The notes under the pieces were generated by a model. That model was given only the letters and a program-made list of their open reading frames with translations. It was not told where the DNA came from and made no database searches. From Octopus sinensis (lineage: Eukaryota): a stretch of 64,000 nt of DNA. Below, piece after piece: positions 50,566-64,000 of this stretch. The number at the start of each line of letters is the position of its first letter. Within the stretch, counting starts at the first letter, position 1. Where the stretch lies: positions 64,542,001 through 64,606,000 of the forward strand of contig NC_043005.1 of the NCBI RefSeq assembly GCF_006345805.1, read 5' to 3'. Position numbers and translations under genes: made by a program.

Positions 50566-52014
50566 TACATTTATAATACATCCACACAGACACACACAGA
50601 CACAAAGACACATATTTAGGCTGGTTCAGGGGCGTGTTACAGAGCAGTCAATGAGCAAACTATAGCCTAGGAGACTTTCTGAATAACATGCCTAATGCAT
50701 TGTTTTAGTAGAGCATCTCATACTGGATATTCTATGGTATGTAGGCAGTTCTTCGCTCAAGTCAAACTGAGAGGAACAAAACAACTCTCAATCTAATGGC
50801 GAAAGGGTAGAGAAACATTGGGCCTATTGTGACATCTGAACAAGGCACTCAGTATTTAGCATGACTCACTCACGCTCTCTGTAACTGCACTATATTCCTG
50901 AGCATGGGAATCTCAATGCAATCAATTCGAAATAACAACCTGTTAAAATCATTGTCTTCACTGTTATTATCATCAGTGTTGATATAGTTGATGCTACTAT
51001 CACCCTTATTTTGTGTGTGTGTGCACGTGGTGTATGTTTGAGTGAGTGTGTGTATATAAGCATGATACATGAGTGTGTGTGAAGACATATGGCCTTGTGC
51101 TTAGGACTCATGTTCATAAGGCCATGGATCATGGATTTGATCCACAGACATGGCAGTATGTTGTGTTCTTAAGCAAGGTGCTTCATTTTATGTTGATCCT
51201 CTCTACTCAGCTAAAAATGATTACCAGCCTGATGCCAACACATCTCTTTCTTTCTCTCTCTCTCTCACTCTCTCTCTCACTCTCTATTTCTCCTTGTAGC
51301 TATTACCACATGTATATTCTGCTGGATCAGGCCTAGATGAGTTGAGAGAGCATCTATGTCAGCTTGTGACTACACGGGCACTATACTTAGCTACCAAGTG
51401 GTAGCTAAGCAAGCATTGTGTGTGTGAGTGAGAGAGAGAGAGAGAGAGAGACATACAGACAGACAGACAGAGTTAGAGAGAGAGGGAGAGAGAGAGAGAG
51501 AGTGTTACTGAAATGGAAGTGAAGTCTTAAGAAAACAAAAATAGTATCTCAATTACAAATAATTCTGTCTACTCTGAGCACAAGGCCTGAGATTTTGACA
51601 GGAAGGTTTGGTTGATTTCTTCAACTTCAGCACTTATCTGGTACTCATTTCACAAATCCTGAAAGGATAAAAGTAAATCTGTCCTTGACAGAATTTCATC
51701 TCAGAGCATAAAGTGCTGGAAGAAATGTCACTAAGCGCTTTTCGGACACAGTGTCAATTCTGCCAGCCAACAGCTCTATCTTACAAATAATACAAGTATT
51801 TGTGTTTCGAAGAAGACATTTAATGCAAAATTAGTATGTTTCTCATATAACAAATTAGCCTCCAGGTGTTTTATTTTCCAGACAATGCAGGTGTTTCTTT
51901 CTAGTTAATATTATGTTAATAATCTTGCTTGTCAAGGAATGTGGTAAGCTATTCAATAGCAGTATTCTGAGAATAAACTAAGAGACTATGGCTTTTATTT
52001 TAACTGAAATTTAA

Positions 52015-52238
52015 CCATTTAGCATTTAAGTCAATCATGTTCAACTTAAATATTCTACCTGTTTTATGTTAAAACCAACTAGATCTATCCTCTCACACCT
52101 ACCCTGCAATGTCATTCTAAAAATAAAGAATCACATTCTCCAGAAAAATATCAAAGCTACAAGATATGTATGATTAATTGAAAACAACTGTGTTCAAACA
52201 AGCATTACATTTGCAGAGTAATTCTGAATGCCAAATGG
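52015..52238. mobile_element. Second piggyBac-like TTAA MITE
   Basis: TTAA-ccatttagcatt...aatgccaaatgg-TTAA. Confidence 0.75.
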
Positions 52239-52309
52239 TTAAGCTGTAATCCAGCATGTGTTTGTAATGTATCCTTAAAAATTAATTATGACTTTATAAT
52301 GATACATAC

Positions 52310-52422
52310 CTGCATTTTGGCACATAAATTTTGAAGTAAGAATATATAAGAGTTGGGAAAAGTCTCTTCGAATATGCCGTACACAATTGATCTTATCCCA
52401 AGTGGTTTCGTAGCAAGCCAGG
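52310..52422 (-). CDS. DNAH5: Dynein heavy chain exon
   Basis: ttctag|CC; (A)WLATKPLGIRSIVYGIFEETFPNSYIFLLQNLCAKMQ; donor CAG|GTATGT; 113 nt, restores phase 0. Confidence 0.85.
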
Positions 52423-52929
52423 CTAGAATGAAGATAAATGTTAATTTTAATACATTTAATTACCATTTCTTATTTAAACTGAAGGAGCTCACAAGAAAGT
52501 AACTTAACTAATTAAAATTACATTTGCTTAACTTGTATATTAGCATAATTTAACCTTGAACAATAAACTCATTCTAATCTACAGGAGATAGCAACATTTC
52601 ACATTTCCTTTAGTGGGAAAAACTATTTGAAATGAACAAAATGCAGTTAACTTTTTCTAATGTGTACTTCTCCACCTTTTCATTTGGATTTATTGAAAAT
52701 AATTAATCAGTTCTTGGTGAGGACCGTAGCCACTTCTCAGTTTCCTTTTTCTATAGAAGCAGTAAAATTTATTTTTGCCCAAAGAGGGAACTGACGAATT
52801 CTATTTGCCGGGAATGTAGCACAAGCAAATTTAATCACCTGCCCTTAGTGACATGATAGAATTTGGAGTAATAGCTTAACAGCATCTTCTGTGGTGACAG
52901 TGGTGGTGGTGGTGGTGCTGCTGCTTGTT

Positions 52930-53271
52930 TGTTTGTTGAGCGTCTCAGGACTGTCCGTGGTCCTTTGCTATTCATAAGACCTGCAGAAGAGAAAGCAGGT
53001 CAACCCCCGACACCAAGAGCATCGACGGATGAATGAATGCACATCCAGGCTCAGCAGTTGCGTAGGAAGTCGGGGACAAGAAGCAGGTAGGAAGAGTGAG
53101 AGAAAGTTAGAGCGAAAGAGTACAACAGGGGTCGCCATCACCCCCTGCCAGAGCCTCGTGGAGCTTTAGGTGTTTTCACTCAATAAACACACACAACGCT
53201 TGGTCTGGGAATCGAAACCACGATCCTTCAGCTGCGAGTCCGCTGCCTTAACCATTGGGCCATTGCGCCTC
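52930..53271 (-). mobile_element. SINE family F (tRNA head)
   Basis: Minus strand ggaggcgcaatggcccaatggttaag...ggtttcgattcccagacc with a (caaa)n-like tail. Confidence 0.75.
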
Positions 53272-55135
53272 CACTTGCTGCTGCTGCTGCTAATAATAGT
53301 GAGGTTAGCAACTACAATGGTCATTACTTTGTTTTTAATATATTTTAAAATATTTTCGATTAAATCTATAATATATTTCTTTGTATGTTAATTCAAGGCA
53401 TTGTTATTCAAATTAGTTTGAGAAGTTTAACTTAGTCATAATCTGAATATAGTTTAAATAACTTTTTAATCTGCTTTCCTCATTGAGAATAGAAGGTCAA
53501 TATTCTTTCTTTTTTGAAGTTGTAAGAAGACTAGAAACTGGTCCGCTCAATCACGCATAGCCTATTCATGAAGAGATAAAAACTTGTACAAATACTGTTT
53601 ACTTTTCATGTTCAGACTAAAATTACATGTTCGTTAAAACACAGTACATATATTACAAATTTTATGTTGTGCCTTTCCTGTGTAACACCAGCTATCAGAG
53701 ACAGCAATTTCACTCTTCATCCCACATTTTGCCTTAGTCTTCATTGGATCATTTTATCAAAAATAGATAATTTTCACCTATCACCCAGTTCTCATTTTCA
53801 TCAGATATCTGTAATCATTTTGCTTGCATAGATTTGGCAAATATCTTTGATCAGTCACTTCCTAAACTCACTTAAGCCTAAACCCTTTTCATTGTTCATA
53901 TAATTTATTCTCCTCAACTCTTTCATGTCCAATAATTTTATCCCCTGCATTTACTGCTCTATCCATATATTACAAGTATGAACTTTATAGTTTGGCTTCA
54001 TTATGAACAGAAAAATTATATTAAAATTAGTTTAAAATTTTTCTCAGATATTCTCTCACAAGCCACTGATGGTAAGCTGTCAATACTTATGCTGTGCATC
54101 TGACATTTATTTAATCACTTTGATAATGATTATTCACACTTTACAGCAGGTTATCTGAAATAGTTCAAGTCCTCTACAGCAAATAACTACATCTCTTGCT
54201 GAGTCCTGAACCACTAATTACCACAATTTAAATCTATCATTGTTTGAACTGTCACAGAAATCAAGCACCCTTCTGAGTGAGAAATAAAGTTTAGTCTCAT
54301 TTCAGAAAAACTTCCTGTTTACACCCTGTGTTTGTATTTGCTTTTCATTCACTTGAATTTCTTTAGACTTTTTTTGCTCCAACTTTTGAATATCCTGCCA
54401 AGATACTTCAAACAGTGATCAAATAACCTACCTCATATATGAATTATATGACTGGAACATATAATTTTGGAATTTATTTTGTCAGTTTAGTAAAGGATAA
54501 ACTGGGGTTAGTAAAGATAGAACTGCAGAACTAGAATTTTTACTATAACTCATTGTAATGAAATGAAATCCTAATTTGTTCGACTTTTCACCAGCATTAA
54601 TAAAATCAATTTTATAGAAAATCCTAAGAAATAAAAACTGTTGTAAATCACTTAACAGTTCTTAAAATTCTCTTTAAACTTTTAACCTTCAGTTCTGTTA
54701 TAAATACACCACTTCAACAGAAGAAATTTTGGATTGTTCCCAAATATTCTACTTTAATAAAATCCCTTTGCATGAGGTTGAATTTATGAACAATGGCATA
54801 AAACTATAAAGTAACATTGATTCTGGCTTCTACCTGGCAAGGACACTGAACTTGAGAGCTGTTCTTGAAAATATAGTAGTAATACTATTGATAAAGTCAG
54901 GAATCAAAGGAACTAATAATGATGTAAGATAGTAGCAATTAGTCCACAGAAGTATTTAGTTGATATGTGGAGTGAAGAATCAGGCCTTGCATTTTGTCTG
55001 AGAGCAAGGTACAGAGAGAAAGTGGTATGGCAAGTAGGTGATGACAGAATTTAAACAAGCAAATATTCAATAAAGCCACTCCAAGAATTTATTTTCCTTA
55101 AAAGGATAGATTTTCTATTAGTTACAGTGTTCACT

Positions 55136-55568
55136 TTTCTATGATGGTAATAATTCAGTGATTCTCAGCCTTTTTGATACTCCACACTCCTAGGAAATGT
55201 TTGATAAATTTTCACATCCCTTTTCTCTTTGAGGATCCAAAACAATTGGCTGCAGTTTGCAAGGCAGGATAGCATGAGATCTGTACATGGCATAAAGCCA
55301 TCTTCAGTAGATCAAATAATAGTTATGCAGATTTTGCTTTGCTGAGTAATTGCTGTCCAGTTTTTATGAGTAGGGGAAATTTGCCAGTCATTGTAAGCTT
55401 TGCTGTTTGCCTGAACAGCTTCTGCACAGTTTTTGGTGTGCTAATGAGAATGAACTCATTCTAAAGAGTTAGTTAATAATTATATTCTAGAAAGCCATTT
55501 TAGTAAAGTATATATGCTTCATCTCTTTGGCACTCCCAGGAGTGTGGGTGCCCCATTTTGAGAGCCCC
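55136..55568. mobile_element. Possible hAT-like non-autonomous remnant
   Basis: Ends cagtgattctca / tgagagcccct; no clear TSD. Confidence 0.35.
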
Positions 55569-56440
55569 TTTATTAGTTTAAAGTATTGGTGACGTATGTC
55601 TTAGAGGAATTCCCAGCTGGCTGAATATTAAGACATCAAAAAAGAACCTAGATTTTCTTTCATATCTGCTACAGTGCTGTGTTTCTAGCAAAAATACTCA
55701 AATTTTAATGCTTGTTATAGATAGGTACTATAAAGTGGTGGTAATAATAATAAGTGGATTCATCATATAAACTGACAAGTATTTTGTTCATAGGCAATAC
55801 TGAGCACATGGAAAAATTCTTATTTGAGAAATTACCAAATAAGCTGACAATGTTCAATGAGATAAACTTTCATCCTATCAACATGAAAATTTATATCTCA
55901 TCTGATTACAGGCATATAATTCTAGCAAAGTGATGACTCTTCAAAGCCAAGTCAAACTGGAAGGCATTTTCAATTTACCTTGAAGATAGCTTCTACAAAA
56001 TGACAATGGATCAAAAGGTATTTTCAAGAGCTGCCTGTCTCTTTCCCTCCAAATACATTTCAATTGATCGATACTTTGCTGACTTAATCAACTTAGGTAG
56101 AAACCAACTTTAGCGCTACTTAAATTTGTTTACCAGACAAGGAGACTTATTTAGTCAAGTGAAAAAAAGAAAAAAGGGGGAAGAAAATAAAGAATAGAAA
56201 TTTCTGAAACAACAAAATACACACAGAAAAAAGAAAACATTTGAGTTAGTAATACAAAAGCCATAATTAAAAGTACTCAAATTTAGCCTAATTAGTTTTC
56301 CTGATGCTAGGATGGGTGATAATGATAAAAAAACTGCTGCCAGAATAGATTTGTATCTAAATAGAAGAAAATTTACTTCACTCAACAAAAACATTCGAAA
56401 ATAAAATATTCATAAAAAGCTTTTGATAATTCTTAGTTAC

Positions 56441-56684
56441 CTTGAAGTAAAGGATCCCAATTGAGAATAGAACTGCTCATAAAAACCATTCCATTTCGTG
56501 ACACAGTGGCAGGGGAAGCATTATCAATATTATGGACTTCAAATATAATTTTGCAAAGGGGTGCCATTGGTATACGGTCACCATTTGCAAGGGTAAGCGT
56601 TTTGTTATCATCCAACACTGAGTTTAAGTTTTCTATCCAAATAGCATCAACTGGTCCATCTAAGACAATCCAAATATGTTCACC
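56441..56684 (-). CDS. DNAH5: Dynein heavy chain exon (AAA2 Walker B region)
   Basis: ttcag|GGT; [81 protein letters not shown]; donor G|GTAACT; 244 nt, phase 0 to 1. Confidence 0.95.
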
Positions 56685-56814
56685 CTGAATAAAAAATAAT
56701 AAAAAGCAGCAAAATCATCTAGTCAAATCAATCATAAGTAATATCATTTGCATAAAAACATAAATGACATGAGATAAGGCAAGTATTTTTAATTTAGTGT
56801 ATACTCTTTACACT

Positions 56815-57616
56815 TTACTCTCTTTTACTTGTTGCAGTCATTTGACTGCAGCCATGCTGGAGCAACGCCTTTAGTCAAGCAAATCGACCCCAAGACTTAT
56901 TCTTTGGAAGCTTAGTATTTATTCCATCGGTCTCTTTTGCCGAACCACTAAGTTACTGGGACGTAAACATACCACCATCAGTTGCCAAGCGATGTGTGTG
57001 TGTGGGGCAAACACGGACACGCAAACATATACACACACATACATATATACGACAGGTTTCTTTTAGTTTCCGTCTACCAAATCCACTCACAAGGCTTTGG
57101 TCAGCCTGAGGCTATAGTAGAAGACACTTGCCCAAAGTGCCACGCAGTGGAACTGAACCCAGAACCATGTGGCTGGTAAGCAAGCTACTTACCACACAGC
57201 CACTCCTGCACTTAATGTATATACATGGTTACACAACAAACATAAATATATGTCTCTTTAATCTTTTATCTTTTACTTGTTTCAGTTATTAGACTGTGGT
57301 CATGCTGGGGCACTGCCTCGAAGAATTTTAGTGGAATGAATCAACTCCACTACTTATTTTTATACTTATTGTATCAATCTCTTTTGTTGAACTGCTAATT
57401 TATGGTGATGCCAACACATAAACACTGGTTGTCAAGCAATGACGGGGGACAAACACACACACACATATGGTGAGCATATTTCAGTTTCCATCTACCAAAT
57501 CCTCTCACAAGGCTTTGGTTGGCCTGAGGCTATAGTAGAAGACTCTTGCCCAAGTTGTCACACAGTGGAACTGAGCCCAGAACCATGTGGTTGGGAAGCA
57601 AATGTTTTACTACCTT
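56815..57616 (-). mobile_element. Two adjacent family A SINEs (56815-57211 younger, 57261-57616 more diverged)
   Basis: Both match the reverse complement of family A. Confidence 0.88.
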
Positions 57617-58524
57617 ATTCATATATATATAAGTCTGTGCTTATATACATATGAATAATAGTGAAAGACATGTTTTGTAATTATTATAAGAATATTCTTT
57701 GTGTAAAATTTAGCAAAGAGCTCAATGAAATAAAATAATTCTATTTCAGAGAAATAATATAATATACAAAACAACCTAAATGAAATTACAAATCAAAAAT
57801 AAGCAAGGTAACATTCTTAAAATGAATATATATACATAATTTATATATTTTCCCTTGTTATGGATCAATGATTCCAGCAGAGATGTGTAGATGAATTAAA
57901 CATAGACACAATACCATCAATGGCAGCAGGCTAACAGAGAGTTATACAAGAAGGTTATTTCAAGCACTTTTTTGGAGATTTATAGAGAGAAAGTTTATGG
58001 GTTTTGCAATTCTTGGCTGATACTGATGGATTATAATTCTGAATTGTAACAATACGAATATATATTAGTTACAGAGGCTGTGTAAATACCAAGAGATAAA
58101 ATATATCCACTTAACCCTTTCATTACCAACCCGGCTGAAACTGGTTCTGGCTCTTTAGTATAAATGTCTTGTTTTCATAAGTTTTGAAAATCTCAATATG
58201 TGTGTATGTGTGTGTGTGTGTGGTTAGAGTAGTAAATTGGCTACTAAGTTAGGAGGATAGGTATGTGTACAGAGGGGAAGAGAGAGAGAGAGAGAGAGAG
58301 GAAGAGATAGATGAAGAGAGAGAAAGAAAGGGGTGAAAGAAGAGAAGGATATGTAATGTAAGATAGTGGGGATGGGTAGAAGGGATGTACAAATGAATAA
58401 TATTGAAAGAAAATGGAATTGTTTATGTAATGGATGTATTTCTGATTAAATATTATGCAAATGTGAAACATACATAATAAATGATTTCAAAATATTACTA
58501 CTTGGTTTGACTTCGCTACTACAG

Positions 58525-58617
<93 letters not shown>

Positions 58618-58758
58618 AAATCATAAATTAGAGTATCTACAAGATACCACCAATAATTTTAATAATTATTACCTTTGAAGGTTATTTTTTTCCATGCTGG
58701 CCACTTGATAAAATCGTTATTTTATTTTAAATTAACGATCTTATCCTCATTTACATAA

Positions 58759-58816
<58 letters not shown>

Positions 58817-59632
58817 ATATACAATATTAAATATGTTTAACAGAGAGCCAATGCGAAAAAATAATATAGAGTAGAGAGGCAGTCAAACAGATTCCCGAAA
58901 GCATAGATAAAATCATTCAAGCAAAGTAGTGAAACGTATGTATTTATACACATCAGCATAAATCATGCATATACAGGCATAAAGATTCTCCAAGGGTATA
59001 AAGAATATAAAACCAAACATACAGAAAGATATAGAAGATATAAAAAAATATATAAAATTAGATATACAATTACATATAAATAAAAATTACATGTAATGAG
59101 TTATGCATGATAAATATAGGAGGTACAAAACGAATGAGATATCGATAAATATAGGAATAAAAATGTCAATTTAAAAATGGCAAACTGCCTAAATCATCTA
59201 AAAATCTCTCTTATTTCTTAGTCCATCTTTTCCCCTTCTCAACCAATTATTTTCCTTCTATTTCCATTTCAAAATATTTGTAAAATGCCTCAGCATCTAT
59301 CCAGTTCTGCAAACAGTTTTCTGTAATAGAATGCAATAAAGTGTTCCCTGATAATCCATCTGATTAAGCATCAAATTGCACTCAGAACACTTAATGTAGG
59401 GTTCTGAGCAACCAAAATGGTGAAGCGTATATAGGAACTAATAATATAAACTTACGTTTATTTAAATCTCTCTGACAAGTTCTCTGCATTTCCTAACTAG
59501 TAATGTTGCTGAGTATAGGAGATCCTTGAGCACTAGACTGAAGCAGACTGGAATATGATAATCTACATTGAACTCTAAACCTAACAATTTCAGTCATATA
59601 TCTGTTTGTACACACAAGATATACTCTATATG

Positions 59633-59971
59633 CTGCTGAGACCACCTTCGGTCATGACTGACCATGGGATTGCACCTAAGAAATTACCCTCCCAGGCACA
59701 AGTCCCGGCAAGGTTGTTTATGGAAGACCAGCAGTTGCCCATGCATACCGGCCTCCCCTCTCCATGCCACCAGTGTTATCCAAGGGAAAAGCAAAGGCCG
59801 ATACAGCTTGGCACCTGGGGCATTGCAACTCATTTCTACAGCTGAGTGAACTGGAGCAACATGAAATAAAGTGTCTTGCTCAAGAACACAACACGTGACC
59901 CGGTCTGGAATTCAAACTCACAACCTCGTAATCATAAGCCCGACGCTCTAATCACTGAGCTATGCGCTTTC
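59633..59971 (-). mobile_element. SINE family E
   Basis: Aligns with 38878-39181. Confidence 0.85.
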
Positions 59972-59990
59972 ACATATGCTCTATATAGAT

Positions 59991-60306
59991 ATATAAATAT
60001 TTATAAACATACATATTCTATATATACATATAAATATTTATAAACATACATATTCTATATATACACATAAATATTTATAAACATACATATTCTATATATA
60101 CATATAAATATTTATAAACATACATATTCTATATATACACATAAATATTTATAAACATACATATTCTATATATACATATAAATATTTATAAACGTACATA
60201 TTCTATACATACATATAAATATTTATAAACATACATATTCTATATATACACATAAATATTTATAAACATACATATTCTATATATACATATAAATATTTAT
60301 AAACAT
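59991..60306. repeat. Minisatellite, 37-bp unit, about 8.5 copies
   Basis: ttataaacatacatattctatatataca(t/c)ataaatat repeated. Confidence 0.95.
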
Positions 60307-60397
60307 ATATACACACATATATAAACACACACACATATGTATGTACATGTCTTTGTCTCAACAGGTTTTTACAATGACAATGCTTTGACAGTAGAGT

Positions 60398-60779
60398 TTA
60401 CTCTTTTACTTGTTTCAGTCATTTGACTGCAGTCATGCTGGAGCACCACCTTTTAGTCGAGCAAATCAACCCCAGGAATTATTTTTTGTAAGCCTAGTAC
60501 TTATTCTACCGGTCTCTTATGCTGAACCGCTAAGTTATGGGGACGTAAACACACCAGCATCGGTTGTCAAGCAATGTTGGGGAAACAAACACAGACACAT
60601 ATATATACATATATATGACGGGCTTCTTTCAGTTTCTGTCTACCAAATCCACTCACAAGGCTTTGGTCGGCCCGAGGCTATGGTAGAAGACACTTGCCCA
60701 TGGTGCCATGCAAGTGAGACTGAACCCGGAACCATGTGGTTGGTAAGCAACCTACTTACCACACAGCCACTCCTGTGCC
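60398..60779 (-). mobile_element. SINE family A, full length
   Basis: Reverse complement of the family A pattern. Confidence 0.9.
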
Positions 60780-61132
60780 TATTTGCAATCTTTCATCATG
60801 GCCAAGTGGTCAAGAAGCTCACTTTGAAACTGCATGGTTTCAAGTTCAGTCCAACTGTGTGGCACATTGGACAAGTGTTCTCTTCTATAGCCCCAGTATA
60901 TAGATTGTTAGTACATTCGATAAACAGAAACTGTATGGAAGTCTGTTGTGTATATACATATAAACATCATTATACATATAAACATCATCTATACATTTAT
61001 ACATATAAACATCATCTTCAGGGTGAGTCATCTCACTTGGTCTGTGACATTCGGTGTTTTTTTAACACTTGGTGTTATGAAGGAACATTTCCCAGGATGC
61101 TGTTACACAGCTAATAGGTATATAAGCCAAAC

Positions 61133-61364
61133 GGGTGGAAAGCTGCAGAATCGTTAGCACGCTGGACGAAATGCTTAGCGGTATTTCGTCTGCTGATACA
61201 TTCTGAGTTCCAATTCCACCGAGGTCGACTTTGCCTTTCATCCTTTCAGGGTCGATAAATTAAGTACCAGTTATGCACTGCGGTCGATATAATCGACTTA
61301 ATCCGTTTGTCTGTCCTTGTTTGTCTCTTCTGTGTTTAGCCCCTTGTGGATAGTAAAGAAATAG
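61133..61364 (+). mobile_element. SINE family B, full length, with TSD
   Basis: aataggtatataagccaaac occurs on both sides. Confidence 0.9.
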
Positions 61365-61739
61365 GTATATAAGCCAAACAGATACACTAACTATGCATTC
61401 TAGATAATGTTTGCATTATTAGAGCTTCTTCCAACTCAAAATTTAATATATGTATGTATGTCTGTATTTCTATGTGGGTATGTCATTGTGTCTGTATTTC
61501 TCAGCCCACCTCTCCTACACTCACCTACAGTATGACAGCTATTGTTAGTATGCTTATATCTCCATAACTTAGCAGTTTGGCAAAAGTACAAGACTTTAAA
61601 AAAAATGGAAGGACTGGGGTTGGTTTGTTTACTAAAAGTGCTTCAAAGTAGTACCCCAGCATGGCCCCAATCCAATAAAAGATAAAGAAATTTTCCTATT
61701 AACTTGATATCATTGGCACAATACAAATGATGCATAATA

Positions 61740-61850
61740 CCAGTCCCATATGTGTCTGTATTCTTCTTGCTCAACCTCAGTCTAAAACTTTAATAAGACT
61801 GAAGAGGAATGGAGACAAGACACAACCTTGTCTAACACTAGTTACAACAA
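61740..61850 (-). mobile_element. Small LINE reverse transcriptase fragment
   Basis: SVRQGCVLSPFLF motif. Confidence 0.55.
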
Positions 61851-61894
61851 TATCTGTGAGTGTGAGAGAGAGAGGGCGGGAGGAGGAGGGGACG

Positions 61895-61930
<36 letters not shown>

Positions 61931-63156
61931 AGTGTGTGTGTGTGTGTGTGCGTGTGAGGTGGGGAGTGTATCAACATAGGAAGAAATACCATACTCTCAA
62001 ACAGAAATAGCCTGCAATTAAACCATCTCACCATCAACCTACGCTAAAGCTCACTTTGCATTTTTGTGCGTAAAAAGAACAAAATATGTCCTGGACAAAG
62101 CAATAGGAACAATATAATCAGCTAAAAATGCTTGAAGGCAGTGTGTGGAATGAATACAATCTAATGACTAAAAAACTAATGAAAGAGGATTAATATAAAT
62201 ACGTGTACGTACTAATTCCATTATTGTAATTCAATGCTGTCTTTATGATATTAAGTATATGATTTTTAAGATACCACAGATATAACAAGGTTGATCATAT
62301 CAAGACATTTAACAATTTTTTATTCTCTATTCTCATCATTTAACATCCATGTTCCAGTCTATGTTCTATGTTAGCATGAGTTGGAATGGTTTGACAGAAC
62401 TCATTGCATCCTAAGACAGGATTGTATTCCAGTGTCTGTTTTGGTATGGTTTCTGCAGCTGGATGCTCTTCCTAATGTCAACCATTTCACAGCAAGTACC
62501 GAAAGCTTTTTTCATACGACCAGCGTTAGGGAGCAGCTTTAGGCTCAGAAGATAAGGGATTAAAGTATGAGAGAAGGGGACTAGAGCAGAATAAGATACT
62601 TTTGTAGAGGAGCTACATGACTAATAATTTTATTAATTTTTATAACTGATTAGCTAAAGTTAAATGGCATATTCTTTCCCAAAAAACACATTTAAAGGAT
62701 TTAGAATTTATCTCCTTGACAGTGTAAATGTGAGTAAATTTGACTATTACATGTTAAGAATGTAATACTTGTAAATATCTTGCATACTCTTACTCCAGAA
62801 ATAAATACTCAACAAAATTTTCTTCTGAAGAGTTAAAGCAGTAGAATCTGAAGAAATTCGTGACGATCTACATTAGCTAATACTGAGCAAGAAACTCCAC
62901 AAAACGGAAAAAGTTAGTGTAAGTTAGTATGCCATGAAAAAGAAGAGTGAAGATTAAGATATGTTGTGATTGACTACATGCTTCCTGAGATTCGCCAACA
63001 CTACACCTGATTTTCTCCCCTCCATACACACACAAGCATGTATCTGACTCATACACTGTTTACTTTCCAGACATTTGTACATTACTGCATATGCTTTAGA
63101 TGCACTTTTGACAAGTTGTGGTGCACCTGAGTACTGCATACAATAATTTCATTATT

Positions 63157-63191
<35 letters not shown>

Positions 63192-63196
63192 TATTA

Positions 63197-63447
63197 CCCC
63201 AACTGGCCTCCGTGCCGGTGGCACGTAAAAAGCACCATCCAATCATGGACGTTTGCCAGCCTTGTCTGGCACCTGTGCAGGTGGCACGTAAAAAGCACCC
63301 ACTACACTCACGGAGTGGTTGGCGTTAGGAAGGACATCCAGCTGTAGAAACACTGCCAGAACAGAGTGGGCCTGGCGCAGCCTTCTGGCTTTCCAGACCC
63401 CAGTTGAATCATCCAACCCATGCTAGCATGGAAAACGGACGTTAAAC

Positions 63448-63477
<30 letters not shown>
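63197..63477 (+). mobile_element. RTE-tail repeat (family C)
   Basis: Ends ggacgttaaacga(tga)n; sits next to an (att)n tract. Confidence 0.88.
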
Positions 63478-63481
<4 letters not shown>

Positions 63482-63805
63482 ATTCATATAATCCCAGTCA
63501 GTACAGAAAAAAAAGACAAAAAAAAAAACAGACACTAAAGCAGTGACATTGGTGGCATTAATGATTTGCAGTTAGTGTCATGGCAGCAATATCGATGGTG
63601 GTGTTGGTGGTGGTGGTGTTGGTGATGATGATGGCAGCGGTGGCAGTGATAATGATGATTATAGCAGTGTGTAACTGGTTCTTTTGCATAATTCCTGCAT
63701 CAGTGATGTATAATTCTGGTTTTCTTCATACTTATTAATTAAATTGTCAAATATACACAGCTCAAATTTATAATGAACACTTAAGAAATTATGAAGAAAA
63801 CTTAC

Positions 63806-64000
63806 CTTTTTGGATTTCAGTGTCTTTCTCCATAGGGTTGAGAAAATTCCATCTGTCCAGTCATTAGTAGCAACATCCAACCTACCAAACATTTGTGGAG
63901 CCGTAATGGCTTTAGGATTCATTCTCATTTCTTTGTGGGGGAAACCACATGCAGTAAGGGCCTTCTGTAACATGTGGATACATTTGGTTTTACCACTTCC
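63806..64000 (-). CDS. DNAH5: Axonemal dynein heavy chain (DNAH5/DNAH8-like), first exon in window, 5'-truncated; AAA2 Walker A region
   Basis: Translates [65 protein letters not shown]; donor AAG|GTAAG, phase 0. Closely resembles the DNAH5/8 AAA2 sequence as I recall it. Confidence 0.93.

Noticed and set aside
59991-60306. CRISPR-like 37-bp periodicity
   Set aside because: Head-to-tail repeats with no unique spacers, in eukaryotic intron context.
60410-61114. 234-aa ORF
   Set aside because: Reads through an antisense family A SINE and a degenerate SINE; the same pseudo-peptides appear at every SINE copy.

Overview
AT-rich, repeat-dense metazoan DNA, most likely octopus. This is inferred from the SINE/RTE/microsatellite repertoire and not verified. 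The window lies inside one large minus-strand gene for an axonemal outer-arm dynein heavy chain of the DNAH5/DNAH8 type. I reconstructed 13 GT-AG exons by hand, running from the AAA2 P-loop through AAA3 to the approach to AAA4. All splice in frame except exon 10150-10242, which is one base short (frameshift). The introns hold several tRNA-derived SINE families, RTE LINE tails, mariner, Tc1, maT and Sola-like remnants, a Helitron, TTAA MITEs and Penelope-like (GIY-YIG) remnants. The most notable signal is a set of at least seven loci from several unrelated repeat families carrying minimal type-I hammerhead-ribozyme motifs (CUGANGA - stem II - GAAA - palindromic mini-helix III - UH). They sit in inverted-repeat or (TA)n-flanked elements. 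Two of these elements are 352- and 360-nt direct-repeat units that look like retrozyme or Penelope pseudo-LTR monomers.
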